Source: an uncultured Verrucomicrobiae bacterium
Lineage (GTDB): Bacteria; Verrucomicrobiota; Verrucomicrobiia; Limisphaerales; Palsa-1400
Direction of reading: 5' to 3'
Assembly (NCBI GenBank): GCA_963764165.1
Contig: CAVXRD010000004.1
Span: 544,001 to 608,000, forward strand
Length of the DNA stretch: 64,000 nucleotides
The position numbers were made by a program, and so were the translations under genes. Positions 53,800-64,000 of the stretch are shown piece after piece. Numbering within the stretch: the stretch's first letter is position 1; each line of letters starts with the position of its first letter. The notes beneath the pieces are model-generated. The model was not told where the DNA came from, ran no database searches, and worked only from the letters and a program-made list of their open reading frames with translations.

Positions 53800-54759
53800 T
53801 CATTGCGGCGCGAACTTCCGCTCGATGATGGTCTCGATTTCAACCTTTTCCAACTTCGCTGATGCGTGATTCGGATCGACCCGCTCCAGCCGGTAGGCGC
53901 CTTTTTCCAATTGCTCCGCCGACATTTCCGCCTTCAATTCCTCCGCCATCTGCGAGGCGTTGGGAATGCCGCGCCGGGCCGCCAAGCTCATCCAGGCGTA
54001 AGCCTCCGGCAAATCCACGTCAGTTCCGCGCCCGTGCCAATGGCAAAGAGCCGCTTCAAATTCCGCCATTGGCAATCCTTTGGCCGCCGCGGTGGAGAAC
54101 CACCTGAAAGCTTCCGCCTCGTCGACAGCCGTCCCGGAACCTTGCTGGAAGCAACGGCCAAGATTGAATTCCGCCTCGGCCACTCCGGCGCTGGCTGCTT
54201 TCCGATACCACTCGATGGCTTCCTTTTCGTTCTTCTCAATCCCCTCGCCCGTTTGCAGGCACGCTCCCAAACTCATCTCGCCCGCGGGATCGCCTGCGTC
54301 GGCGGCTCTGCGGAACCAGAACACGGCTTCCTTCGGGCTCGTGTAGGCACCCAAGCCCTTTTGCAAACAGAGACCCAGGCTCACTTGCGCGCCGATGTTG
54401 TTTTGCTCGGCCGCTTCACGGAAAAGCGCGACCGCCTGCTCATAATCCTGCGCGACGCCCTGCCCGTTGGCATAACAGACGCCAAGGCTGAATTGGCCGC
54501 GCTGGTCGCCGAGCTTGGCGGCTTCGCCGTACCAATGGGCCGCCTCAGTATAATTCTGCTCCACGCCATCGCCCTCCGCATAGCACGTGGCCAATTCCAC
54601 TTGCGCCTCAACATTGCCGCGGCGGGCGGCCATCAGCATTTGGGCATGGCGGCCTTTGAGAACCATTCGCTTGACAGGCGCTTTCTTCGGCGCCATCAAT
54701 TTTTTGGCGCTGAAGATCAGGCTCCAGAAGCCCATGAAAATAACTTTAAGAAATTTCAT
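53800..54759 (-). CDS. Sel1-repeat protein
   Basis: About six repeats of AQ..LG.CY..G.GV......A..WY..AA. Confidence 0.9.
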   Translation of the reverse strand: MKFLKVIFMGFWSLIFSAKKLMAPKKAPVKRMVLKGRHAQMLMAARRGNVEAQVELATCYAEGDGVEQNYTEAAHWYGEAAKLGDQRGQFSLGVCYANGQGVAQDYEQAVALFREAAEQNNIGAQVSLGLCLQKGLGAYTSPKEAVFWFRRAADAGDPAGEMSLGACLQTGEGIEKNEKEAIEWYRKAASAGVAEAEFNLGRCFQQGSGTAVDEAEAFRWFSTAAAKGLPMAEFEAALCHWHGRGTDVDLPEAYAWMSLAARRGIPNASQMAEELKAEMSAEQLEKGAYRLERVDPNHASAKLEKVEIETIIERKFAPQ

Positions 54760-54804
54760 CGTGTTGATTTATTTTGGTCTGGTTCGCTCATTTTTCGCCG
54801 TGCG

Positions 54805-55137
54805 TCAAATTCCCATGTTCGCCAGCAGGTTCGCAATACGGTTGACCACCCCAGACAACGCCGGATGCGTGGTTTCAAATTCCGTGACGGACGAACTCAA
54901 GCCGCCGATGGAATGGTTCAAAGTCTCCGCGTTCCGTTCGCTTCGCGTCGCTTCCCGGGTCGAGGCCTCGGCAAAAGCCGCGATGCTTTCCGCTTCTGCC
55001 TGGTGGGTTTTTGACAGGGCGTGAATTTCGGTGCGAAGCCGCCCGAGCAAGTTTAACAACTCCTCGCGCTGCTCACTGCCAAGCGCGCTTGAGGCCTGGA
55101 CCCGGCTTTCGATTTTCGATACGGTATCCTGCAACAT
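54805..55137 (-). CDS. DUF4404-like small helical protein
   Basis: Ends FETTHPALSGVVNRIANLLANMGI. Confidence 0.8.
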   Translation of the reverse strand: MLQDTVSKIESRVQASSALGSEQREELLNLLGRLRTEIHALSKTHQAEAESIAAFAEASTREATRSERNAETLNHSIGGLSSSVTEFETTHPALSGVVNRIANLLANMGI

Positions 55138-55196
55138 ACAGAGCTGACTTCCTTTGCCCTTATCATATCAGAAATTCGCGGGTAAGCAAATGGGAG

Positions 55197-55609
55197 CTAA
55201 AAATCTCCCACATGGCGCCTCGAGGCTTTCTTGACCGCGCGATGGGATTTGTCGGCGAGAATTCGCGCCTTCGCTCCCCGGCTCTTTTTGCGTTTTTGCC
55301 GGCGAATCTTTTCAATCCGGGACACCTCGGCCGCCACCTGCCCGGTCTGCCGCTCTTCAATTTTGTCGAGCAGTATTCGCCGGGCGATAAATCGATTGAG
55401 CCCCTGTTGGCGGGTCTCCTGGCACTTCACCTGCAGGCCAGTTGGGCGGTGAAGCAGCATGACGCACGTCGCTGATTTATTCACATTTTGCCCGCCATGC
55501 CCACCCGATCTGACAAACGTTTCTTCAATGTCGGCGTCACGCACCCGAGCGCAGCCATTCGCTGCGCAAGTAGCTGCGACTTTTCTGTGCTTACCGGAAA
55601 CGCGGTCAT
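55197..55609 (-). CDS. ArfB-like peptidyl-tRNA hydrolase (release-factor GGQ domain), frameshifted near 55545
   Basis: [14 protein letters not shown] and a basic tail; the N-terminus [22 protein letters not shown] joins VRDADIEE if one G is added. Confidence 0.85.
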
Positions 55610-55783
55610 GTCTTTAGAGTAGGTGAATTGATCAACAACCTCAAGACCCAGCTGAAATCGGTTACTTCAAACTGGCGTGGGACAAGATTCTTCATTAAGC
55701 ATCAATTCCCGACGCCAGCGCATATAGGCACTGAAGATACGCTTGAGGAAACATCTGGCGCGCGGGAAATCTCGAAACCTCCG

Positions 55784-55949
55784 AAGCGCCGTAGGCGCGG
55801 CACCGTTGTAGAAAAACATCCGAAACCATTCCCGAGCTCCGCAGGAGCGGCATTGGAAGCAGCGAGTTGTGCTGAGCAGGTGCCGCTCCTGACGGAGCTT
55901 GAAAACCTCTTGGCATCGTTTCTACAACGGTACCGCGCCTACGGCGCTT
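55784..55949. repeat. Family-3 nested palindromic element, copy 1
   Basis: Outer 31-bp IR aagcgccgtaggcgcgg.accgttgtagaaa; inner IR agctccg.aggagcggca. Confidence 0.85.
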
Positions 55950-56074
55950 GGCGGCAACGCGGAATGAAGAATTTTGCCTTGCATCCAAGTCAGACTTCCG
56001 ATGCGCCAGCCACGCAAATATGCGCCGGTCAAATTTAGTGATTCAGCGACCTCAGGCATCCGCATTCGAATTCT

Positions 56075-56874
56075 TTATTTTCCACGGGGCTGCGGCGTTA
56101 AATAATTTGTGCAGTGGGGCCCCCCAAAACTTGCAGCCATCTCAATTTTCTTCGAGCTTGAGTAGTCAACAAAATCCTGATCCCGGATGTTCAATAACTC
56201 ATTGCTGCCTACAATCGTCATCCTTTCCCTCTCCGAGTACAGATCACTGTTTTGGCGAAGTTCAATGAGCGATCCCGAGGGCATCAGGAAAATTACATCC
56301 ACTTTTCGTTCCCAATAAACGCTCACCAACAAATTTGTGGCGGGCTTCCCGGCATTATTCTCTCCCGCGTTCATTACAGAATATGCACTGACCACGCACG
56401 GATAAGCACGCTCAAGATTTGTAAAATTGATCGACATGACACTCCCAAAATTGGTCGCCACTTTGTAGAATGCATTTGACTCCGCCAGCAACAACGGCTC
56501 AGGAGCGCTCTTGGCGTGCTCCGGACGGTCAATTGCCCCGTTGTTCCTCATTTTCGTGACGGCGCTCAGCCTGCCCGATGAAAAAAAACCAAACGAATAT
56601 CCGTGGGCATCAATCCTCCCTTCAAGCCACCTCAGAGCGGGTGGATACGCATAGGCATACCTAACATCATCCCTGGTTATGGGTTTCTGGATTGGAAGCT
56701 GCAGCCTGTCTGCAAAGTAATTTGCCTCGGTAAGCATAAGGGCAATCGCAACGTATTTATACGCCAGTGGAATTGTGGTAGCGCTCATTTCCTAGTGGTG
56801 GCCTTGCCTAACGCTGTTACGGCGAGCACAATGGCCGCAGACAACAAATACTGCTGCACAATTCTAGATTTCAT
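56075..56874 (-). CDS. Hypothetical exported protein (AT-richer); signal peptide out of frame near 56791
   Basis: A 237-aa ORF is preceded by MKSRIVQQYLLSAAIVLAVTALGKATTR, which is joinable by adding one G. Confidence 0.6.
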
Positions 56875-57108
56875 ACGCCCGCCAAGGAATTACCCACGAA
56901 TGAGCGACACCGTCAAGCTGCAGCGGTCAACACCGTCATTCGGGTGCGTAGGAGGAACTCGCGGCCACCCAGCGCCAGAGGCGCGGAATCTTTAATAGAA
57001 ACGCCCCCGGCAAAAACATCTTCGAAGCTCCCTCGGAGCGGCATTATCCGCGCTGGGTGGATACCTGTGCGCCCGTTGTAGTTACGTTGTTTTACGCCCG
57101 CCAAGCGG

Positions 57109-59655
57109 CTAAGCCAGATTTCCAATCCGGCGCAGACGCAGCGATGGCTCGGCCAGTTTCCGGGATTCTTCAAGGTCCACCACAAACTCCGCCACCCAAT
57201 CATTATGCTCCTCCGGATCCACCAGCATTTGCTGCACTCGCCAGGTCTTCTTGTCGTCGGAGGGCAACACGTAGGTATGGCGGGCATTGCGCGCATTGGG
57301 GTCGAGGTTGATGGCCTTGTGCTCGACGCTATAAGCCTGCAACGCCTGCCGCAAACGCTCGGCAGTCCAAGGTTGGCCGTCGAGATCTTGAGGCGAGCTA
57401 AGGTGGCCGATGGCCTGGTCAAGATCGCCGATAACAAGCCCGCGCAAGAAATAGAAAATGCGAATGCGAATGGCTGCCGTGAAGGCTTTGACGTCCCGCG
57501 TGATGTCCTGCGCTGCCTCCTCGGCCCCGGGCGGGCGGACTTCCGCCCTTTCGGCCCGCAGGTATTTCGGGTCGCGCATTTTCTCCCATTCGTCCAGCAG
57601 GCTGGAATCGACCTGGCGAATCATGGTGCCCAAATAAAGCTCCATCTCGCGCAACTGATCGTTCTTGGCCGCGTCGGGCACGGTTTGCGTCAGCGTTTTG
57701 AAAACGTTGTTGAGATGGCGCAGCAGGACGCCCTCGGCTCGTTGCAATTCATAGTCGCGAATGTAATCGGAAAAGGTGCGGAACGATTCGAACATCTCCC
57801 GAGCGATGGATTTCAGGCGGATGTTTTCCTGCCCGACCCACGGGTGCTTGGCGGTGAAATTGTTGAACGTCGAATAGACGAATTCGCGGTTCGGTTTTGG
57901 ATGCTCGAGCTTCTCGAGTTCGTCCATCCGCTGATTGTAATCGAGCCCTTCCATACGCATCTCCGCCATCCTCTGGTCCTTCACTTTATCCAACTGTTTG
58001 CGCAGGATGATATCGGGATCCTCCAGGATGGATTCAACAAGCGTGAGAAGCACCAGGGCGTAGTCCGGCGACTGCGGATCCACGAGCGGAATCGTGTCAA
58101 GCAAATAGAGCGAAAGCGCCTGGTCCATCGAAAAATCCTCCTGCAGATTCACATTCACGCGCAGATAGGCCCCATCTTCGGTCTGCGGGATAAATTCGAT
58201 GATCTTTCGATCCACCAGCGACCGAAACAATTGCCAGGCGCGCTTGGTGTGCTCCTTTTTCGCCTTGGGAGTTTCGTGGCAGTTGTGGATTAATTTTTGC
58301 ATCGCGCCGCAGCCGTCGCCTCGGCGGCTCAGCACATTGAGCAGCATGCCGTGCGTTACCTGGAATCGGGACGTCAGCTTCTCCGGCGGCGCGTTGATCA
58401 AACGAATGAACGTTTGCTTGTCCCAGTTGACGAAATTCTTCTCGGGAGGCTTGCGTTTGACTGATTTCTTGCCGTCTTTGGCCTTGGCATCCAGCTTGAT
58501 GTTTTCAATGGTGTGTTCCGGGGCTTGGGCCACGACCCATCCGCGATCATCGAATCCTTTTCGCCCCGCGCGCCCGGAAATCTGGTGAAAATCGCGCGCG
58601 GCCAGGATGCCTGTTTTCTGCCCATCGAATTTGCAGAGGCGGGTGAATAGCGCGGTGCGGATTGGCATATTAATCCCGGCCCCGAGTGTGTCCGTTCCAC
58701 AAATGACTTTAAGGAATCCTTTTTGTGTCAGTTGTTCGACCAAAACGCGGTATTTCGGCAATAGCCCGGCGTGATGCAATCCGATCCCGTGCTTGAGCCA
58801 TCTTCGGATATCGGGTCCATATGGGCTGGTGAATTTGAATCCTTCAAGCGCCGTGCTGATGGCATTCTTTTCTTCGCGGGTGCAGACGTTGATGCTCGTG
58901 AAATCCTGCGCGCTCTGGGCCGCCTCCAATTGCGTGAAGTGGACGACATACACCGGCGCCTTGCCTTCGGCGACGAGGCTTTCCAAAGTGCTGGCCAGTG
59001 ACAATTCGGAGTAAGCGTGTTCGAGAGGAACAGGACGGTCCGTCGAGGAAATGGTCACAGTGGGGCGGCCATTCAGGCGGGTCAATTCCGTTTCAAAAAA
59101 AGTGGTGTCGCCCAGCGTGGCGGACATCAAGAGGAACCGCGCCTGAGGCATGGTCAGCAACGGAACCTGCCAGGCCACTCCGCGCTCCCGGTCGGCGTAA
59201 TAATGGAATTCGTCCATGACCACTTCCTGCACATTGGCCGCCGCTCCTTCGCGGAGAGCGATGTTGGCCAGAATCTCGGCAGTGCAGCAAAGAATCGGGG
59301 CCTCGCGATTGACCGAGGCATCACCGGTGCTCAACCCGACGTTTTCCGGACCAAACTCGCGGCACAACGCGATGAACTTCTCGTTGACGAGCGCCTTGAT
59401 CGGGCACGTATAGACCGAGCGCTTCCCTTGCGCCAAAGCCTTGAAATGAAGCGCGGCCGCGACCAGCGATTTGCCGGAGCCGGTCGGAGTATTGAGAATG
59501 ACGTTTTTTCCCTCGAACAACTCCAGAATGGCTGATTCCTGCGCCGCATAAAGCTGAAGCTGCCGACCTTCGACATATTCAAGGAAAAGCCCCAGCAGCA
59601 CATCGCTGCCGGGCCGATCGTTTTTCGGAATCAGGTCATAAAGCGTCGCGGCCAT
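57109..59655 (-). CDS. Ski2-like DEAD/DEAH helicase with DUF3516-type C-terminus
   Basis: [28 protein letters not shown] and QISGRAGR motifs. Confidence 0.92.
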   Translation of the reverse strand: MAATLYDLIPKNDRPGSDVLLGLFLEYVEGRQLQLYAAQESAILELFEGKNVILNTPTGSGKSLVAAALHFKALAQGKRSVYTCPIKALVNEKFIALCREFGPENVGLSTGDASVNREAPILCCTAEILANIALREGAAANVQEVVMDEFHYYADRERGVAWQVPLLTMPQARFLLMSATLGDTTFFETELTRLNGRPTVTISSTDRPVPLEHAYSELSLASTLESLVAEGKAPVYVVHFTQLEAAQSAQDFTSINVCTREEKNAISTALEGFKFTSPYGPDIRRWLKHGIGLHHAGLLPKYRVLVEQLTQKGFLKVICGTDTLGAGINMPIRTALFTRLCKFDGQKTGILAARDFHQISGRAGRKGFDDRGWVVAQAPEHTIENIKLDAKAKDGKKSVKRKPPEKNFVNWDKQTFIRLINAPPEKLTSRFQVTHGMLLNVLSRRGDGCGAMQKLIHNCHETPKAKKEHTKRAWQLFRSLVDRKIIEFIPQTEDGAYLRVNVNLQEDFSMDQALSLYLLDTIPLVDPQSPDYALVLLTLVESILEDPDIILRKQLDKVKDQRMAEMRMEGLDYNQRMDELEKLEHPKPNREFVYSTFNNFTAKHPWVGQENIRLKSIAREMFESFRTFSDYIRDYELQRAEGVLLRHLNNVFKTLTQTVPDAAKNDQLREMELYLGTMIRQVDSSLLDEWEKMRDPKYLRAERAEVRPPGAEEAAQDITRDVKAFTAAIRIRIFYFLRGLVIGDLDQAIGHLSSPQDLDGQPWTAERLRQALQAYSVEHKAINLDPNARNARHTYVLPSDDKKTWRVQQMLVDPEEHNDWVAEFVVDLEESRKLAEPSLRLRRIGNLA

Positions 59656-59793
59656 AAGGATGCAACCTTACCCCGTGGAAAACCCGGAGAGAAGAAAGAT
59701 GGTGGGATTTGTTCGGCAAAGTTCTCCGCTTTTTTTCAGAACGGCATTGCGCTCCGCCGCGAAATCCTGCACAACAGCGGCCCATTTTGAATC

Positions 59794-60465
59794 ATGAAAA
59801 AAGAGCCGAAAAAGTCGAATGACGCGCAACTGCTGGATTTGCTCAAGCGCGTCCTGCCCAAAGCAACGCCCGATGCGCAATTGGCTGACAAGATTTACCA
59901 CGCCATCGAAGGCGAACTCAAATCCAAGGCCCGCGTCCTGGCGTTCGAGAAATTTTGTGGCGGAATTGAATTGCCCGATCTGGAACAAAAGACGCTTGGC
60001 GACGTGAAACTCCAACTCGCCGCTTCCTTTGGCGATGGCGACATCACGCTCAAACCCAATAAAAAAGAGAAAAGCCTGTTGGTGGAGGTGTCGCTGCCCG
60101 ACGGCAATCAATTCAGCAGCGAGCTGAAAGTCGGCCCCGTTGCCGCCGCTGATAGCGACGAGCAGGAAGTGACACTGAAGTTTGTGCCTTTTCCAGTCTC
60201 CCTTCCGGGCGACAAAGAACTTGTGTGGCTCCTGGCCAAGCGCGAGAACATGACGCCTGAAGAGGGGGGCATCGCTCTGGCCAAAGTGGAGGAGGACTTC
60301 TGGGCATCCAAAGCAGGGCAGAAGCTGCTCCGTGACCGGGTCGAACGTAATTTTCCGGAGTTCATCGCCCGCGTATCAGGTGGCTTGCTGACCGAAGTCG
60401 GACTTAAGCGCCATTACAAAACTCCAGAACCGGTCAAGTTGCTGCGCACAGCGCCGATACGATAA
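59794..60465 (+). CDS. Hypothetical protein
   Basis: 223-aa ORF with typical codon usage, divergent from the helicase. Confidence 0.75.
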   Translation: MKKEPKKSNDAQLLDLLKRVLPKATPDAQLADKIYHAIEGELKSKARVLAFEKFCGGIELPDLEQKTLGDVKLQLAASFGDGDITLKPNKKEKSLLVEVSLPDGNQFSSELKVGPVAAADSDEQEVTLKFVPFPVSLPGDKELVWLLAKRENMTPEEGGIALAKVEEDFWASKAGQKLLRDRVERNFPEFIARVSGGLLTEVGLKRHYKTPEPVKLLRTAPIR

Positions 60466-60546
60466 GCGACCAACAATCCCGAAGGGAGAATGGCGCTTGC
60501 TTAAGCGCAAAGCCCAGATATGCAGAGAGTTGGGAATAGCCATCCA

Positions 60547-60719
60547 AGCGCCGTTAGGCGCGACATATTTGTAGAATACCTTCCTGCTGTGATCATTAGC
60601 TCCGTAGGAGCGGCATATTGGACCGGCACGCCGAATGCGACGAGTCGACCGATGCCGCTCCTACGGAGCTCCGGGCATTTCTTGGCTTTTGCCTACAAAT
60701 ATACCGCGCCGACGGCGCT
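60547..60719. repeat. Family-3 nested palindromic element, copy 2
   Basis: Outer agcgccgttaggcgcgacatatttgtag / ctacaaatataccgcgccgacggcgct; inner perfect IR agctccgtaggagcggcat. Confidence 0.85.
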
Positions 60720-60816
60720 AAGAATCAAATTGTCATCTATCTTTCTGATAGAGTTTTGCGCATTAAGTAAGCGCCATTTTCCCGTTGGGATTGCCAAGCT
60801 TGCTCTCTCCAAGCCA

Positions 60817-63120
60817 CTAGCCGTGGAAAATTTCAGCCAGGCAAGTCAATAATACTTTTGCGTTGTAAGGTTTGGGCAGGAAGCGCTTTACTCCGGCGGC
60901 AGTGGCTTGGTTTTGGTGCTGGTCGCTGGAGAGGCCGCTGGCGAGGATGACATGAACATTGGGGTTGATCTGCTTGACTGCGCGAATCAGCGCGAATCCA
61001 TCCATCACCGGCATCATGGCATCTGTCAGCACAACGTGGATGCCATCATGGTGACGGGAATAAGTGGCCAGGGCATCAGCGCCATTGGCGGCCGTAAGAA
61101 CGATATAGCCGAAAGCTTCGAGCGTGTCCCGGGTGAGCGAACGCAAGGAGCCTTCGTCATCTACGACAAGGACGACTTCGCCGTTTCCGCGCGGGAGCTG
61201 GGTTTCTTCGTCTGGCGCGGGAGAAGGATCGCCGCCGGTTTCCGCGGGCAGCCAAACTTCGAATATGGACCCTTTTCCCAGCTCCGTAACGACGTTGATG
61301 AATCCGCCGTGACTGCGTACGATTCCCAACGCGGTGGAGAGGCCGAGACCGGTTCCTTTCCCCGCCTCTTTGGTGGTGAAAAATGGATCAAAAATCTTTT
61401 CCCTCGCCTCGGCAGGAATGCCAGTCCCGGTGTCAATTACTTTAATGACGACATATGGCCCCGGTTTGACTCCGTGAGACACGCCCGCGCTGCCCGCATC
61501 CACTGCGACATTCTCCGCCGTAATCCTCAGGACGCCTTCGTCCGGCATGGCGTCCCGAGCATTCACGCAAAGGTTGAGCAGCACTTGATGAAGCTGGGTG
61601 GGATCGCCTGAAAGCAGCCAAAGGTTCCTGGGGGTGCTGAATTCGATGCACAGGGACTTCGGAAACGTTTGGCGGGTGATATCCACCATTTCGCGAATGA
61701 GATGCTTGGGCTGCACGGCAATGCGCCGGCCCTCAACCCCGCGGGCAAAAGAGAGAATTTGCTTGACTAGATCGGTCCCGCGCTGCGCGCTGCGCTTGAT
61801 CATTTCGACCATGTCGCGCGTTCCCGCATTGCCAGCCTCCATTTGCAGCAGTTCGCATGACATGATGATTGGGGCCAGAACGTTATTGAGGTCGTGGGCG
61901 ATGCCGCCCGCGAGTGTGCCGATGTTTTCCATGCGCTGCGCGCGCAGAAATTGCGCTTCCAGCATTTTCTTTTCCGTGATGTCCTCAACCATGCCGATGG
62001 CATATTCCGCCTCGCCGGTCGGCCCTCGGACCACGGAGGCTGTCAGCCGCGCATGAACCACAGCCCCGTCTTTGCGCAAATAGCGCTTTTCAATCTGGAA
62101 GTGTTCGCGTTTTCCTTCGAGCATCTCCTGGTGCAAGGCCATGCCCGCCATCACGTCGTCCGGGTGGGTGAACTCGGAGAAGGGCCTTCCGCGCAGCTCG
62201 TCATCGGTGTAGCCGAGCATTTGCTGCAAGGCGCGATTGGTCTTTAAGAAATGGCCGCCGATCCTTATCAGCCCCACCCCCAACGGGGCATTGTCGAATG
62301 TGACCCGCAGCTCGGCCTCGCTTTCTCGAAGGCTCTCCTCCAGTTTCTTGCGCTCCGTGATGTCTTCCGCCGTGCCGACAATGCGGTACACCTTTCCATT
62401 TTCGTCGCGCAAAGGAAAGGCCCGGTCACGAATCCATCGCAAATTGCCGCTGGGGCGGACGATTCGATAAACCTCATCGTACTTGCCGCTCTCCTGTTTG
62501 GTGGAGGCCGCTTCGCGGATGCGCGGCCGGTCCCCGGGATGAATCGAGTCTAGCCAGCTTTGCGGCAAACGATAAAGGCTCTCGCATGTCCGTTCCCAGA
62601 TCCGTTCGTAGGCCGGGCTGATGTAAACCATCTGCTGCTTCTCCGGGTCGGTGATCCAAAAGACTTCGTTGATGTTCTCGGCCAATTGCCGGAATTTTCT
62701 TTCACTTTCAAGCAATTCGTCCTGAACCTGCCGGCGTTGCGCGCGCAAGCGCTGCTGCTCCAACGCTCCGCGCACGGCGCCTCCCAGGCGCACCAAGCTG
62801 TCCTTGAGAAGGTAATCGTTGGCTCCGTGTTTCATGGCTTCCACGGCCATGTCTTCACCCACCGTTCCGGAGATCAGAAGGAATGGGATGTTCAATCCGC
62901 TTTCCTGCAAAAGCTTTGCCGCCTCCAAACCAGTGAACTGGGGCATGGCAAAATCGGAAAGGATGATGTCCGGGCGATTTGCGATTTCGGCCAGAAACGA
63001 CTTTTCCGTTTGCACGCGTTTCCATTTCGGATCGAATCCGGCCCGGCGCAATTCAATCAGAATCAGCTCCGCATCGGCTTCCGAATCTTCGACGATCAAA
63101 ACGTTGAGAGGGGTTGGCAT
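60817..63120 (-). CDS. Hybrid sensor histidine kinase (REC-PAS-PAS-HisKA-HATPase-REC)
   Basis: [21 protein letters not shown] and [13 protein letters not shown]; receiver domains at both ends. Confidence 0.95.
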   Translation of the reverse strand: MPTPLNVLIVEDSEADAELILIELRRAGFDPKWKRVQTEKSFLAEIANRPDIILSDFAMPQFTGLEAAKLLQESGLNIPFLLISGTVGEDMAVEAMKHGANDYLLKDSLVRLGGAVRGALEQQRLRAQRRQVQDELLESERKFRQLAENINEVFWITDPEKQQMVYISPAYERIWERTCESLYRLPQSWLDSIHPGDRPRIREAASTKQESGKYDEVYRIVRPSGNLRWIRDRAFPLRDENGKVYRIVGTAEDITERKKLEESLRESEAELRVTFDNAPLGVGLIRIGGHFLKTNRALQQMLGYTDDELRGRPFSEFTHPDDVMAGMALHQEMLEGKREHFQIEKRYLRKDGAVVHARLTASVVRGPTGEAEYAIGMVEDITEKKMLEAQFLRAQRMENIGTLAGGIAHDLNNVLAPIIMSCELLQMEAGNAGTRDMVEMIKRSAQRGTDLVKQILSFARGVEGRRIAVQPKHLIREMVDITRQTFPKSLCIEFSTPRNLWLLSGDPTQLHQVLLNLCVNARDAMPDEGVLRITAENVAVDAGSAGVSHGVKPGPYVVIKVIDTGTGIPAEAREKIFDPFFTTKEAGKGTGLGLSTALGIVRSHGGFINVVTELGKGSIFEVWLPAETGGDPSPAPDEETQLPRGNGEVVLVVDDEGSLRSLTRDTLEAFGYIVLTAANGADALATYSRHHDGIHVVLTDAMMPVMDGFALIRAVKQINPNVHVILASGLSSDQHQNQATAAGVKRFLPKPYNAKVLLTCLAEIFHG

Positions 63121-63128
63121 GAATCCAA

Positions 63129-63479
63129 TCAAGGTCTGGCCTCGCGGGCGTTAGATGGTTCATCGGCCGCGGGTTTCTCCCGCGACCCGCCTTCGACGGC
63201 TTGTGTCAGCAAAGCGGGAAGCGAAACCTCCAAACTGCGGGCCAGTTTCTCCAAGGTCTTCAGGGTCACATTGCGGCTGCCTGACTCAACGCCTGCAACA
63301 TAAGTCCGATGCAGGCCCGAACGTTCGGCCAAGGTCTCCTGCGAAATATCCAAACCGTGGCGCAAACGCCGAACGGCCAAACCCAATTGCGAGGTGATCT
63401 GCGATGCGTCCCTTCCTGCTCCGACAGAAGTTGAATCTAATTCTATCCGAAAACTGACTGGAATCTTCTCTACCGTCAT
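63129..63479 (-). CDS. XRE-family HTH regulator
   Basis: ISQETLAERSGLHRTYVAGVESGSRNVTLKTLEKLA. Confidence 0.9.
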   Translation of the reverse strand: MTVEKIPVSFRIELDSTSVGAGRDASQITSQLGLAVRRLRHGLDISQETLAERSGLHRTYVAGVESGSRNVTLKTLEKLARSLEVSLPALLTQAVEGGSREKPAADEPSNAREARP

Positions 63480-63613
63480 GTAATTACAATTGACGGCACC
63501 GGACGGGGTTTCACATGTGAGTGAACTGCTTTGACACTTGTCAGTGCGGAGAGAAACGCCATGTCAGGAGAACGCCTGACCGGTGGCGGGATATCTGTTG
63601 GTTTTTTGATTCC

Positions 63614-64000
63614 CTATTCCACCAAGCGGTGCTTCATGGCGTAACGCGCCAGCTCGACATTGGACGTCAAGCCTAATTTCTTGGCGATGCGCATGCGATA
63701 CGTGCCAATGGTCTTTTCGCTCAACGAGAGTTCGGCGGCGATTTCCTTGATGGTTTGGCCATTGGCGACCTTGCGCAGCACGAGCAGTTCGCGGGCGGAA
63801 AGCGATTCGTGCGGCGTGGGCGAACCCTTGTCACCCAGTGACGCCGCCAGCTTTTCCGCCAGCGAAGCGGTCACGAACTTTCCGCCGGCCAGAACCTTCT
63901 TCGCCGCAAACACGATTTCATCCGATGCCAGGCTTTTGTCGAGATAACCGGACGCACCCAGTTTAAGGGATCGGATGGCGAATTCCTCCTCAGGATAAGC
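63614..64000 (-). CDS. NarL/LuxR-family response regulator (5' end outside the window)
   Basis: GASGYL receiver tail followed by the HTH LSARE...IKEIAAELSLSEKTIGTYR. Confidence 0.9.
   Translation of the reverse strand, partial: AYPEEEFAIRSLKLGASGYLDKSLASDEIVFAAKKVLAGGKFVTASLAEKLAASLGDKGSPTPHESLSARELLVLRKVANGQTIKEIAAELSLSEKTIGTYRMRIAKKLGLTSNVELARYAMKHRLVE

Noticed and set aside
55197..55609. prfB-style programmed frameshift in the release-factor-like gene
   Set aside because: There is no CTT TGA site, the required shift is -1 in a G run, and the protein is ArfB-sized.

Overview
A GC-rich bacterial chromosomal segment, most consistent with Verrucomicrobiota (Pedosphaera-like). That assignment is inferred from two prepilin/H-X9-DG proteins, an ECF sigma factor with a long C-terminal extension, and several secreted Ig-repeat proteins. 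Housekeeping genes are metH, ruvC, mntH, pgsA, gcvP, yebC, mazG, proB, aroK, queG, ccsA-hemA-hemC, lepB and a Ski2-like helicase, alongside two-component genes. Notable accessory features: (1) a 131-aa ubiquitin-like protein ending in -LVGG, paired with a large DUF4132-type gene and no E1/E2/JAB in view; (2) a REP-associated tyrosine transposase (RAYT) framed by perfect 37-bp inverted GTAG-REPs, with three matching REPINs elsewhere, one read in-frame in a prepilin leader; (3) further unrelated palindromic repeat families and a dispersed ~250-300 bp element; (4) a ~110-aa domain inserted in two unrelated membrane proteins; (5) an MMPL / aromatic-repeat protein / MlaEFD operon; (6) three TA loci with dead or missing toxins; (7) four frameshifts, each repairable by adding one G, probably assembly errors. 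No rRNA, tRNA or CRISPR array was seen.
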